Origin: Malacoraja senta
Taxonomy: Eukaryota
NCBI GenBank assembly: GCA_038087875.1
Contig: CM075990.1
Location: 1,178,001 to 1,242,000 of the forward strand
DNA length: 64,000 nt
Reading direction: 5' to 3'
Below are positions 49,741 through 60,937 of this stretch, one piece after another. Within the stretch, counting starts at the first letter, position 1; the number at the start of each line of letters is the position of its first letter. The notes beneath the pieces are model-generated. The model worked only from the letters and a program-made list of their open reading frames with translations, did not search any database and was not told the origin of the DNA. A program made the position numbers and the translations under genes.

Positions 49741-52630
49741 AGATAACAGACAATAGGTGCAGGAGGAGGCCATTCGGCCCTTCGGGCCAGCACCGCCATT
49801 CAATGTGATCATGGCTGATCATCCCCAATCAGTACCCCGTTCCTGCCTTCTCCCCATATCCCCTGACTCCGCTATCTTGAAGAGCTCTATCTAGCTCTCT
49901 CTTGAAAGTATCCAGAGAACCGGCCTCCACCGCCCTCTGAGGCAGAGAATTCCACAGACTCACAACTCTCTGTGACAAAAAGTGTTTCCTCGTCTCCGTT
50001 CTAAATGGCTTACCCGTTATTCTTAAACTGTGGCCCCTGGTTCTGGACTCCCCCAACATCGGGAACATGTTTCCTGCCTCTAGCGTGTCCAAACCCTTAA
50101 CAATCATATATGTTTCAATAAGATGCCCTCTCATCCTTCTAAACTCCAGTGTACAAGCCCAGCCGCTCCATTCTCTCAGCATATGACAGTCCCGCCATCC
50201 CGGGAATTAACCTTGTAAACCTACGCTGCACTCCCTCAATAGCAAGAATGTCCTTTCTCATATTAGGGGACCAAAACTGCACACAATACTTCCAGGTGTG
50301 GTCTCACTAGGGCTCTGTACAACTGCAGAAGGACCTCTTTGCTCCTATACTCGACTCCTCTTATTATAAAGGCCAACATGCCATTCGCTTTCTTCACTGC
50401 CTGCTGTACCTGCATGCTTACTTTCATAGACTGATGAACAAGGACCCCCAGATCCCATTGTACTTCCCCTTTTCCCAACTTGTCGCCATTTAGATGGTAA
50501 TCTACCTTCCTGTTTTTGATACCAAAGTGGATAACCTCACATTTATCCACATTAAACTTCACCTGCCATGCATCTGCCCACTCCCACAACCTGTCCAAGT
50601 CATCCTGCATTCCTAGCATCCTCATCACAGTTCATACTGCCACCCAGCTTTGCGTCATCTGCAAATTTGCTAATGTTACTTTGAATCCCTTCATCCAAAT
50701 CATTGATGTATATTGTAAATAGATGCGGTCCCAGCACCGAGCCTTGCGGTACCCCACTAGTCACTGCCTGCCATTCGGAAAGGGACCGGTAAATCCCTAC
50801 TCTTTGTATCCTGTCTGCCAACCAATTTTCTATCCATGTCAGCACTCTACCCCCAATACCATGTGCCCTAATTTTGCCCACTAATCTCCTATGTGGGACC
50901 TTATCAAATGCTTTCTGAAAGTCCAGGTACACTACATCCACTGACTCTCCCTTGTCCATTTTCCTAGTTACATCCTCAAAAAATTCCAGAAGATTAGTCA
51001 AGCATGATTTCCCCTTCGTCAATCCATGCTGACTCGGACAGATCCTATCCAAATGTGCGGCTATTTCATCTTTTATAATTGACTCCAGCATCTTCCCCAT
51101 CACCGATGTCAGGCTAACTGGTCTATAATTCCCTGTCTTCTCTCTCCAGCCTTTCTTAAAAAGTGTGATAACGTTAGCTACCCTCCAATCCACAGGAACT
51201 GATCCTGAGTCTATAGAACATTGGAAAATTATCACCAATGCATCCACGATTTCTAGAGCCACTTCCTTAAGTACTCTGGGATGCAGATCATTAGACCCTG
51301 GGGATTTATCAGCCTTCAGTTCCATCAGTCTACCCAACACCATTTCCTGCCTTATGTGGATTTCCTTCAGTTCCTCCGTCACCCCAGATCCTCTGGCCAT
51401 TACTATATCAGGAAGATTGTTTGTGTCCTCCTTAGTGAAGACGGATCCAAAGTACCTGTTCAACTCATCTGCCATTTCCTTGTTCCCCATAATAAATTCA
51501 CCTTTTTCGGTCTTCAAGGGTCCAACTTTGGTCTTAACTAATTTTTTCCTCTTCGCATACCTGAAGAAGCTTTTAACATCCTCCGTTATATTCTTGGCTA
51601 GCTTACCTTCGTACCTCATCTTTTCTCGCCATATTGTCTTTTTAGTTATCTTCTGTTGCTCTTTAAACATTACCCAATCCTCTTGCTTCCCGCTCATCTT
51701 TGCTACGTTGTACTTCTTCTCTTTTATTTTTATACTCTCCCTGACGCCCCTTGTCAGCCACGGTCGCCCCTTACTCCCCTTGGAATCTTTCTTCTTCCTA
51801 GGAATGAACTGATCCTGCACCTTCTATATTATTCCTAGAAATACCTGCCATTGTTGTTCCACTGTCATCCCTGCTACGGTATCTTTCCAGTCAACTTTGG
51901 CCAGCTCCTCCCTCATGGCCCCATAGTCCCCTTTATTTAACTGTAACACTGACACCTCCGATCTAACCTTCTCCCTCTCCAATTGTAGATTAAACCTGAC
52001 CATATTATGGTCACTATCTCCTAATGGCTCATTAACCTCTAGTTCCTTTATCAAATCCGGTCCATTACATAACACTAAATCCAGAATTGCCTTATCCCTG
52101 GTCGGCTCCAATACAAGCTGTCCTAAGAATCCATCACGAAGGCACTCTACAAAGTCCCTTTCTTGGGGTCCAGTACAAACCTGATTTTCCCAGTCTACCT
52201 ACATGTTGATATCTCCCATAACAACCACAGCATTACCTTTGCTATATGCCAATTTTAACTCCTGATTCAACTTGCACCCTATGTCCAGGCTACTGTTTGA
52301 GGCCTGTAGATAAGTCCCATTAGGGTCTTTTTACCCTAACAATTCCTTAGTTCTATCCATACTGACTCACTTCTCCTGTTTCAATGTCACCCCTTGCAAG
52401 GGACTGAATTTCATTCCTCACCAACAGAGCTACCCCACGCCCTCTGCCCACCTGTCTGTCTTTTCGATAGGAGGTATACCCTTGAATATTCAGTTCCCAG
52501 CCCTGGCCCTCTTGCAGTCATGTCTCTGTAATTCCCACATCATACTTGCCAATTTCTAACTGAGCCTCAAGCTCGTCCACTTTATTTCTTATACATCGCG
52601 CATTTATATGCTACACTTTGACCTCCTTAT
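49741..52630 (-). mobile_element. Longest CR1 (HER1-like) copy, ~2.9 kb: part of the APE domain, RT, C-terminus and 3' tail; frameshifted
   Basis: 406-aa ORF 50600-51820 with [52 protein letters not shown] endonuclease motif upstream; GACAATA tail. Confidence 0.95.
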
Positions 52631-53854
52631 TCAAAAAGCTGGAATAACTCAGCGGGACAGGCAGCATCTCTGGAGAGAAGGAATGGGTGACGTTTTGGGT
52701 CAAGACCCTTCTTCAGACTAGTCAGGGGAAAGGGAAATGAGAGATATAGACAGTGATGTAGAGAGATATAGAACAAGTGAATGAAAGAAATGCAAAAAAG
52801 TAACGATGATAAAGGAAACAGGCCATTGTTAGCTGTTTGCTAGGTGAGAACGAGATCCTGGTGCGACTTGGGTGGGGGAAGGATGGGGAGAGAAGGAATG
52901 CAGGGGTTACTTGAAGTTAGAGAAATCAATATTAATACCACTGCCCAAGTGACAGAGTATGTCATAACCCAATTTGAGAAGAGTTCACACTGGAACCTGC
53001 ATTGGGAAACTAGCCTGACAAGGTGTGTCCAGTGTTTCAGTAGAAGAGCATTTTGGGAACAATGGTCACAACTCCTATCAGTTTTAATATAGTTATGAAT
53101 AAGGATGTTGTGAGCTTGAGAGAAGGTACTAAATTGGGATAAAGCAGATTACAACATTATTATACTGGAGCTAGGAAGAATATATTGCGAGCAATTGTTA
53201 TTGGGTTAGCTCACATCACACATGTGGGAGTTTTTTAAAGGCCAGCTGCTCAGAGTTCAGGACAGGCATGTTCAAGGAGGAAGGATTAGGATGGCAAGGT
53301 AAGAGAGCCTTGAATACTCAGAGGTCTCGAAGTGTCTCGACCCGAAAAGTCACCCATTCCTTCTCTCCAGAGATGCTGCCTGTCCTGCTGAGTTACTCCA
53401 GCTTTTTGTGTCTAACTTCGGTTTAAACCAGCATCTGCAGTTCCTTCCTACGCACTGGGGAATACTAATATGTTAGGACATTGTGGGATCAAACTTGTGG
53501 GAAGTGCTGTTGGGGCTCTTGAAGAGTATTAAGGTGGATAAACCCCCAGGGCCCTGATGGGATCTAGCCCAGGCCATTGAGAGAGGCAAGAGAGAAGAAT
53601 GTAGGGACTCTTGCAGTGGATTTTTCGGGACAGGATGTACTCTCATTTTGAAGAGATTGGGAAAATTAGGGAAGTCAGTTTGGTTTTGTCCACTTGACTG
53701 AGTTTTTTGAGGAGGTGACAAAAGTGTAGGCCAGTGGATGTTGTCTACGTGGATCATGATAAAGCTTTTGAAAAGACGTTATATAAAGTCCCTCACAGTA
53801 GGCCAATCCAGAAGATTAAAATATATGGATTCTGAATCCAAATGACCACGGTGA

Positions 53855-54255
53855 CTTGTGTAGGAAGGAACTGCAGGTGTTGGTTTACACTGAAGTTAGA
53901 CACAAAATGCTGGAGTAGCTTTGCGGGACAGGCAGTATCACTGGATAGAAGGAAAGGGTGACGTTTCGGGTCAAGACCCTTCTTCACACTGATAGTCAGG
54001 GGAGAGGGAGATACAGAGATTAGGAAGGGTAAGGTGTGAAAACGAGAAATCAAAAGAGATTGAGTTAAAGGAAAATGTAGAAGAGATCACTGTTAGTTAG
54101 GAGAAGGTGACAACAAAGCAAACAGAGATACAATGTAATCAGGGGGACAGTCAGACTGGTCGGAGAACTGGGAAGGGGGAGGGATGGAAAGAGAGGGAAA
54201 GCAAGGGTTACTTGAAGTTAGAGAATTCAATATTCATACCGTTGGGGTGTAAGAC
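53855..54255 (-). mobile_element. PLE 3' terminus (a similar copy lies at ~52633-52935, -)
   Basis: Reverse complement of the GMNIEFSNFK* end plus 3' UTR and terminus seen at 36900-37217. Confidence 0.8.
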
Positions 54256-54380
54256 TTGGTCATATCAATTTAGGTCTAGCTTACCCATAGAAGACAGAAA
54301 GTTGTGTTGGAACGTTGATATTCTGGCTGGAGGTCTGTGTCCATGGAGTTCCGCAGGGATCTATTTTGGGACCTATGTAA

Positions 54381-54412
<32 letters not shown>

Positions 54413-55359
54413 CATAAATTGGTGGCGTTGTGGACAGTGCGGAAGTTTGTCAAAATATATTGTGGGGTATAGATCTGTTACAGAAATGGGTGGCAAAACG
54501 GCAGATGGAGTTTGTGAGGCATTGCACTTTGGAGGTCGACTATAAGGGGATAGTATACAGTTAATGGCAAGAAGCTTAACAGCAGGGATCTTGGGGTCCA
54601 ATTCCACAGCTCCTTGAAAGTGTCAACACAGGTAGATGGAGTGGTAAAGAAGGCATATGGTATAGGCAACAGGAAGTGATGTTGCAGTTTTATAGGACTT
54701 TTGTTAGGCTGCATGTGGAGTATTGGGTGCAGTTCTGGTTGCCCCCATTACAGGAAGGATGTGGAGGCTTTGAAGAGGTTGCAGAAGAGATTTATCTGAA
54801 GTCTGTCTAGTTTGGAGGGTATTAGCTACAAGGAGTGGTAACGGATAGGAATATATAAAGGAGAGGTGTAAATGCGTGGACAGTCAAAACCTTTATCCCA
54901 GGGTGGAAATGTCAAAGAATAGAGGGCATTGTTTTAAAGTGAGAGGGGCATGGTTTAAAGGGGATTTTTTTAGGTTTAAAGAAATGTTTTTTACTCAGAG
55001 GGTTGTTGTTGATGGAGAGAAGGCAGGTACGGGATACTGAGTTGGATGATCAGCCATGATCATATTGAATGGCGGTGCAGGCTCGAAGGGCTGAATGGCC
55101 TACTCCTGCACCTATTTTCTATGTATCTATGTTGTTGCCTGGAATATGCTAACAATGATGTGGGCAGATAGGAGTGGCATTTAAGAGAATTTTGTATAGT
55201 TACATGGAGATGCAAGGAATGGAGGGATCTGGACCACGTACAGGCACGTAATGGCACAGTCAGAGCAACATAGACGAGTAAGCACAGTTGCTGTTGATTC
55301 ACACAGTAATGTTTCAGCATCTTTAAAGAAAAAGAAAGGAGTTTCTTAGTTTCAGTGTC

Positions 55360-57260
55360 ATAGAAACATAGAAAATAGGTGCAGAAGGAGGCCATTTGGC
55401 CCTTTGAGACTGCACCGCCATTCACTGATCATCCACAATCAGTAACCCGTACCTCTCCCCCTATCCCTTGATTCCGCTAGCCCAGGGGTGGGGAACCTTT
55501 TCATGGTGGAAGGCCGCATTAAGTTAGCTGTAATCTAATAAGGCCGCATCCAAGAAACTTCAATTAGATATACTTCAAAATGTACATTATTTTGTTAAAA
55601 TAGCCCTCATGACTTACTAATGTTTTAATTGTGGCCGTCAGTCGGGGAGGATTATTTTGTTGAATCTTCTTTTACTCTTTGGTATTTTAAATACGTTCAT
55701 TTTAAGATTAAAATAAAAATAATAAAAGATGAACAAAAACATATTAATAATAATAAAAAGATTTGTTCCACAAAATTTGGATTCATTCAAAAGGCCACAC
55801 TTAATGGCTTAGAAGGCCGCATGTGGCCTTAAGGCCACAGGTTCACCACCCCTGCACTAGTCCCTAGCCCTCTATCTAACTCTCTTTTAAATTCATCCAG
55901 TGAATTGGCCTTTGCTGCCTTCTGTAGCAGAGAATTCCACAAATTCACAACTCTCTGGGTGAAAACGTTTTTTCTCATCTCAGTTTTAAATGGCCTCCCC
56001 TTTATTCTTAGGCTGTAGCCCCTGGTTCTGGACTCCCCCATCATTGGGAACATTTTACCTGCATCTAGCTTGTCCAGTCCTTTTATAATTTTATACGTTT
56101 CAATAAGAAAGCCTCTCATCCTTCTAAATTCCAGCAAATACAAGCCCAGTCTTTTCAATCTTTCCTCATATGACTGTCCCGCCATCCCGGGGATTAACCT
56201 CGTGAACCTACGCTGCACTGCCTCAATAGCAAGGATGTCCTGCCTCAAATTAGGAGACCAAAACACAATACTCCAGATGTGGTCTCACCTGTACAACTGC
56301 AGAAGGACCTCAACTCCTATACTCAAATCCTCTCGTTTGAGGCCAACATGCCAGTTTTCTTCACAGCCTGTTGTACCTGCATGTTTACTTTCAGTGACTG
56401 TTGTACGGGGACACCCAGGTCTCGTTGCATTTCCCTTTTTCCTAATCTGAGACCATTGAGATAATAATCTGCCTCTTTGTTCTTACCGCCAAAAGTGGAT
56501 AACCTCACATTTATCTACGTTATACTGCATCTGCCATGCATCTACCCACTCACTGAACCTGTCCAAGTCACCTTGCAACCTCCTAGCATCCTCTTCGCAG
56601 TTCACACTGCCACCCAGTGTTGTGTCATCTGCAAATTTGCTAGTGTTACATTTAATCCCATCATCGAAATCATTTATATTGTAAATAGTTGCGGCCCCAG
56701 CACCGAACCTTGTGGCACTCCACTCGCCACTGCTTGCCATTCTGACAGGGACTCGTTTATTCCTATTTCCTGTCTGCCAACCAATTCTCTATCCATGTCA
56801 ATACCCTACCCCCAATACCATGTGCTCTAATTTTGCCCACCATTCTCCTATGTGGGAGCTCATTAAATCCTCTCTGAAATCCAGATACACCACATCCACT
56901 GGCTCTCCTTCATCCATTTTACTTGACACACCCTCTAAAAATTCCAGAAGATTAGACAAGCAGGATTTGCCCTTCATGAATCCATGCTGACTTGGGCCAA
57001 TCCTTTTACTGCTATCAAAATGTGCTGTTATTACTTCTTTAATAATTGACTCCAGCATCTTCCACACCACCGATGTCAGGCTAACTGGTCTATAATTCCC
57101 CATTTTCTCTCTCGCTCCTTTCTTGAAAAGTGGGATAACATTAGCTACCCTCCAATCCACAGGAACTGATCCTGAATCTATAGAACATTGGAAAATGATC
57201 ACAAATGCATCCACGATTTCTAGAGCCACCTCCTTGAGTACCCTGGTATGCAGACCATCC
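55360..57260 (-). mobile_element. CR1 RT/3' fragment with a hAT MITE inserted in its tail
   Basis: NYRPVSLTS, QHGFMKGKSC, FADDTTLGG, LWNSL. Confidence 0.9.
55483..55854. mobile_element. hAT-Charlie-like MITE
   Basis: TIRs CAGGGGTGG(G/T)GAACCT; 8-bp TSD CGCTAGCC/CACTAGTC with central TA; AGGCCGCA subterminal repeats. Confidence 0.85.
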
Positions 57261-57579
57261 TTTCTCACAAGGCACTTTCCTCGAAAAAGCCGTTCCCTTG
57301 GAGCAAACCTTGCTTATATTAGCTGGTAAATTGACTAATTCGCTAACTTACCGATTTGCTAATTAAATTCCTCAGCCAATCCCTGTACTCACTCCTTCAC
57401 CTGCCGCTCCTCTGCCGACCTTGACCTGCGGATTCAACTTCACGGAATGAACCCTTACGGGCGCCAGTGTCCCTGGCCTCCATCTCTTCTATCTCTGACC
57501 TAGATACCTGACACATCTTAGATAGACAGAAGTATAGGATCATGCAGGCTTCTAACTGAAAACTGTTTTTTTTGTACAG

Positions 57580-57686
57580 GATGGAGAATCTGTATCTGAA
57601 TCGGTTCATGCACATGTTTCAGACTTCATGGACTGATTTTGCTGATTTTGAGCAGATCTTTGTCCGAATTAGCAATACAATTTCAG
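57580..57686 (+). CDS. ALOX5: ALOX5 coding exon 5
   Basis: Acceptor tttttttgtac[37 protein letters not shown]; 107 nt; donor GTGAGT. Confidence 0.96.
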
Positions 57687-58734
57687 GTGAGTCACACTCT
57701 ATGCACTTTATTTTTTTTTAATTTAAATTTTTATTAGAGGTATCTGCATATCATAGTCCAACCCATTACAAACTTTGTATAACGATTACATATTAAGTAT
57801 CCAGGGTTCCGGGCACCCAGTTATCAAAGGAGCTGGGGTCCTCCTTTATCGGTTACGTATTAACGATGCCTCTAATTATTTATTTATATTTATAGATAAT
57901 GAAAATTACTTTGAGAAAAGCAAGTCCTCCATTCCCCAGGTTACACACCAGTATTCAGGTGGTCTACTGACCAGGAAAACCTTCCACTCCCAACCAGAGG
58001 ATTAACACACCAGGATTTATTTTGGATTAGAATGTAGTTAGTTCCTCTCGCCTGAGGTTTTAACAGTCGTAGAGTTGTACTGCTCTGAAACAGGCCCTTC
58101 AGCCCACCACATCCAGGCTCACCATTTTTTTCCATTTATTAATCCCATTTTCCACATTAGGACTGCATTGTTCAACAATCTGCATAGTAATGTGCCTAAA
58201 TGCCTCTTACACTTAGTAATTTGTATCTAATTCCACCACTCATTCTATATCTAATTTTGTTTTCCTTTGAGTATCCATTATTTATTTCCTATTGAAGGCT
58301 GTGTCCACCACCCTCTCCTAGGTCTTGCCCTTGATTCTGGAGGCAAAGCGGCACTGTGGCGCAGCTGGTAGAGCTGCTACTTCACAGCACCAGAAACCCA
58401 GGTTCAGCCTTGACCTCAGTTGCTGTCTATGTGCAGTTTGTACATTCTCCCTGTGACTGTGTCAGTTTCCTCGGGATGCTCCGTTTTGTTCCATGTGGGT
58501 TAATTGGCTGTAAATTGCCTCTAGTGTGTAGTGCAGTGGTTCCCAAACTTTTTGAGCACATGGATGTATAATAAAGTTAACCTTGCAGCACTCGTTTGAC
58601 TTAGCACCCATCTCCTCCTCCTCTCTCCCAAACATGCCCGGGCTGTCCTCTACTTCCCTCTTGAGCTCCCCTTAGAACATAGAAAATAGGTGCAGGAGGA
58701 GGCCATTCGGCCCTTCGAGCCAGCACCGCCGTTC

Positions 58735-58980
58735 AGACGAGGGCATTCGATCCAATTTTGATTCCAGCTACCAAGACAGATGTGTACAGCAATTCATTCT
58801 TCCCCCGCACAATTAAAGCATGGAATAATCTCCACCCTACCATAGTTACCCAACCAGATGCAACTAAATTTAAGGTAGCTCTTTCTTCCCAAAAACCCTT
58901 TCTGGCTTAAGTCCTCCCTCCACCACCTCCAGTTTAAACTCCATTTGGAATATTTTGGAGGACCAAGAAACCAAGAACCA
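58735..58980 (+). mobile_element. 3' end of a second, divergent CR1-group LINE inserted in a HER1-like tail
   Basis: Reads IPATKTDVYSNSFFPRTIKAWNNLHPTIVTQPDATKFKVAL; ends in AACCAAG repeats; splits the ccagcaccgcc/attgtgatcatggctg tail sequence. Confidence 0.6.
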
Positions 58981-59214
58981 TTGTGATCATGGCTGATCGT
59001 CCCCAATCAATAACCCGTGCCTGCCTTCTCCCCATATTCCTTCTCGGTTAAAGTTTAGATTTCCCTCCCTGCCCTCAACTCTCTCTCCCATCCCTCCCTC
59101 CCCTTTTCTACCCCTTCATCCCTGTGGCAGTGTGAACTGCGAAGAGGATGCTAGGAGGTTGCAAGGTGACTTGGACAGGTTCAGTGAGTGGGTAGATGCA
59201 TGGCAGATGCAGTA

Positions 59215-59470
59215 GGGGAGGAGGAAGAGGAGGGGGGAGGAGGAGGAGGAGGAGGAGGAGGAGGGGGGGGGAGGGGAGGGAGGAGGAGGAGGAGGAGGGG
59301 AGGAGGAAGAGGAGGGGGGAGGAGGAGGAGGAGGAGGAGGGGGGGTAGGAGGAGGGGGAGGGAGGAGGAGGAGGAGGGAGGGGGAGGAGGAGGGGGAGGG
59401 GGGAGGAGGAAGTGAGGAGAGGGAGAGTAAGGAGCTGGAGTGGAAAACTGCTGTGGGGGGGGGCGGGGAG
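59215..59470. repeat. Polypurine (GGA)n/G-run tract, continuing as GA-rich low-complexity sequence to ~59950
   Basis: Read directly. Confidence 0.95.
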
Positions 59471-60738
59471 GAGAGTGAGTAAGCGGAGAGAGCGGTAGGG
59501 GAGAGAGTGGGAGGAGAGGGAGAGCAAGGAGCTTGAGCTTAAGGCAGCTGTCAGTGAGTTGGGGAGAGGAGAAACAAGGACGAGTGTGCGGGATTAGAGT
59601 GTGAGGGGGAATGAGAAGCTGAAGCAAAATACAGAGCTGTCAGTGAGCGTGAGAAGTAGAGAGCAGCGGAGATGGGGGAGTGAGGGAGTTTGAGGGGCAG
59701 TGAGGGAGAGTGAAGGGCAGTGAGAAAGTGTGTGAGGGAGAAAGTGTGTGAGGGGAAAGGGAGAGAGAGTGCGAGGGAGTGAGAGAGACAGTGCAAGGGA
59801 GAGGGACCGGGGGAGAGAGGAGACAGTGAGGGGCGGGGATCAGATAGAGAGGGGGCAGTGAAGGGGGACTGACCCTGACACTGAGGGTGGAGTGGTTCTA
59901 GATGGTACAGGGGGTGGACAGTGAGGGGGCAGAGAGGGAGGGGGGCTGACCCTGACACAGAGGGTGGCATGGCTGGACACCGTACAGGGGGTGGACAGAC
60001 GTTACTCTGGGGCCACCGTGTTCTGCTCTAGGAGTGTCAGTGACAAGGATACCACCCTCTTGCCTCTTGTCTTTGAGCTGCTGCTGTGTCTCGATCGCTG
60101 CCCCTGATACTGGATCCCGGGTCTTGGGACTCGATTCCACCCCATGGGACACAATCACTGGAATCAGACCTTATGTGAAATTTAAAAAAAAACATGGCTC
60201 ACACATAATGGCTTCACGGCACTTAAATGCCTCAACCACCTATGTGCTGTACAGCTCTCGACCCTGTAAAAAGCTCAGTTGAGAGGGACTAACAACATCG
60301 GTCCGCCTGAAAATGGATACTTTGCCCTGGGAGGGATTAGCCCAGGGTCATCAGACTGACACTGTATTGGGAGGGCCTGATACACGGACATGTTTGATGG
60401 ATGGCATGTGAACAAAATGTTACAAAAATTCAGCTTTGCACGATATCCACTCAAAGGCACAAATTAGGGCCAGTGAAACAGGAGGCAAATCTAGATGGAG
60501 CTTCACATACATCAGAACAGGAGATCTTCCCCCGATCTCCATTGGTGCTGTGATCCACTTGGAGTTTCGAAGAGAGAGATGGTTGGATTATTCTTGGTGA
60601 GGAAGTTCAAGTGTCATTGAACAAGGAGAGGTGATTAGAGGTTAGACAACTGCACTCGGGGAAGTGGGAAGGACAGGGTGGAAGCAGTGAAATAATAGCA
60701 CCGACCCCACCCATGTGCTTCTCCCGTACCACTGACAG

Positions 60739-60911
60739 ACTACGTAATGCAGCACTGGCAGGAGGACTTCATTTTCGGCTACCAGTACCTCAACGGTTGC
60801 AATCCTGTCATTTTTGAGAAGTGCAACAAACTCCCGGACAACTTTCCAGTCACTAATGAAATGGTGCATACCAGCCTGGAACGGAACCTCACCCTAGAGG
60901 AAGAGATTAAG
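60739..60911 (+). CDS. ALOX5: ALOX5 coding exon 6
   Basis: Acceptor actgacAG; (D)YVMQHWQEDFIFGYQYLNGCNPVIFEKCNKLPDNFPVTNEMVHTSLERNLTLEEEIK with the lipoxygenase WxEDxxFGYQxLNGxNP motif; 173 nt; donor GTAAAA. Confidence 0.96.
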
Positions 60912-60937
60912 GTAAAACTCATCATCGGGATACAGCG

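Noticed and set aside
50600..51820. 406-aa RT ORF as an active or domesticated gene
   Set aside because: Bounded by a stop and frameshifts in a 5'-truncated CR1
58534..58560. hAT-Charlie-like TIR CAGTGGTTCCCAAACTTTTT
   Set aside because: No matching second TIR or TSD found, so an element cannot be delimited
59108..59970. Poly-Pro/Gly/Arg ORFs on both strands
   Set aside because: Translation of the (GGA)n tract; no splice context or homology
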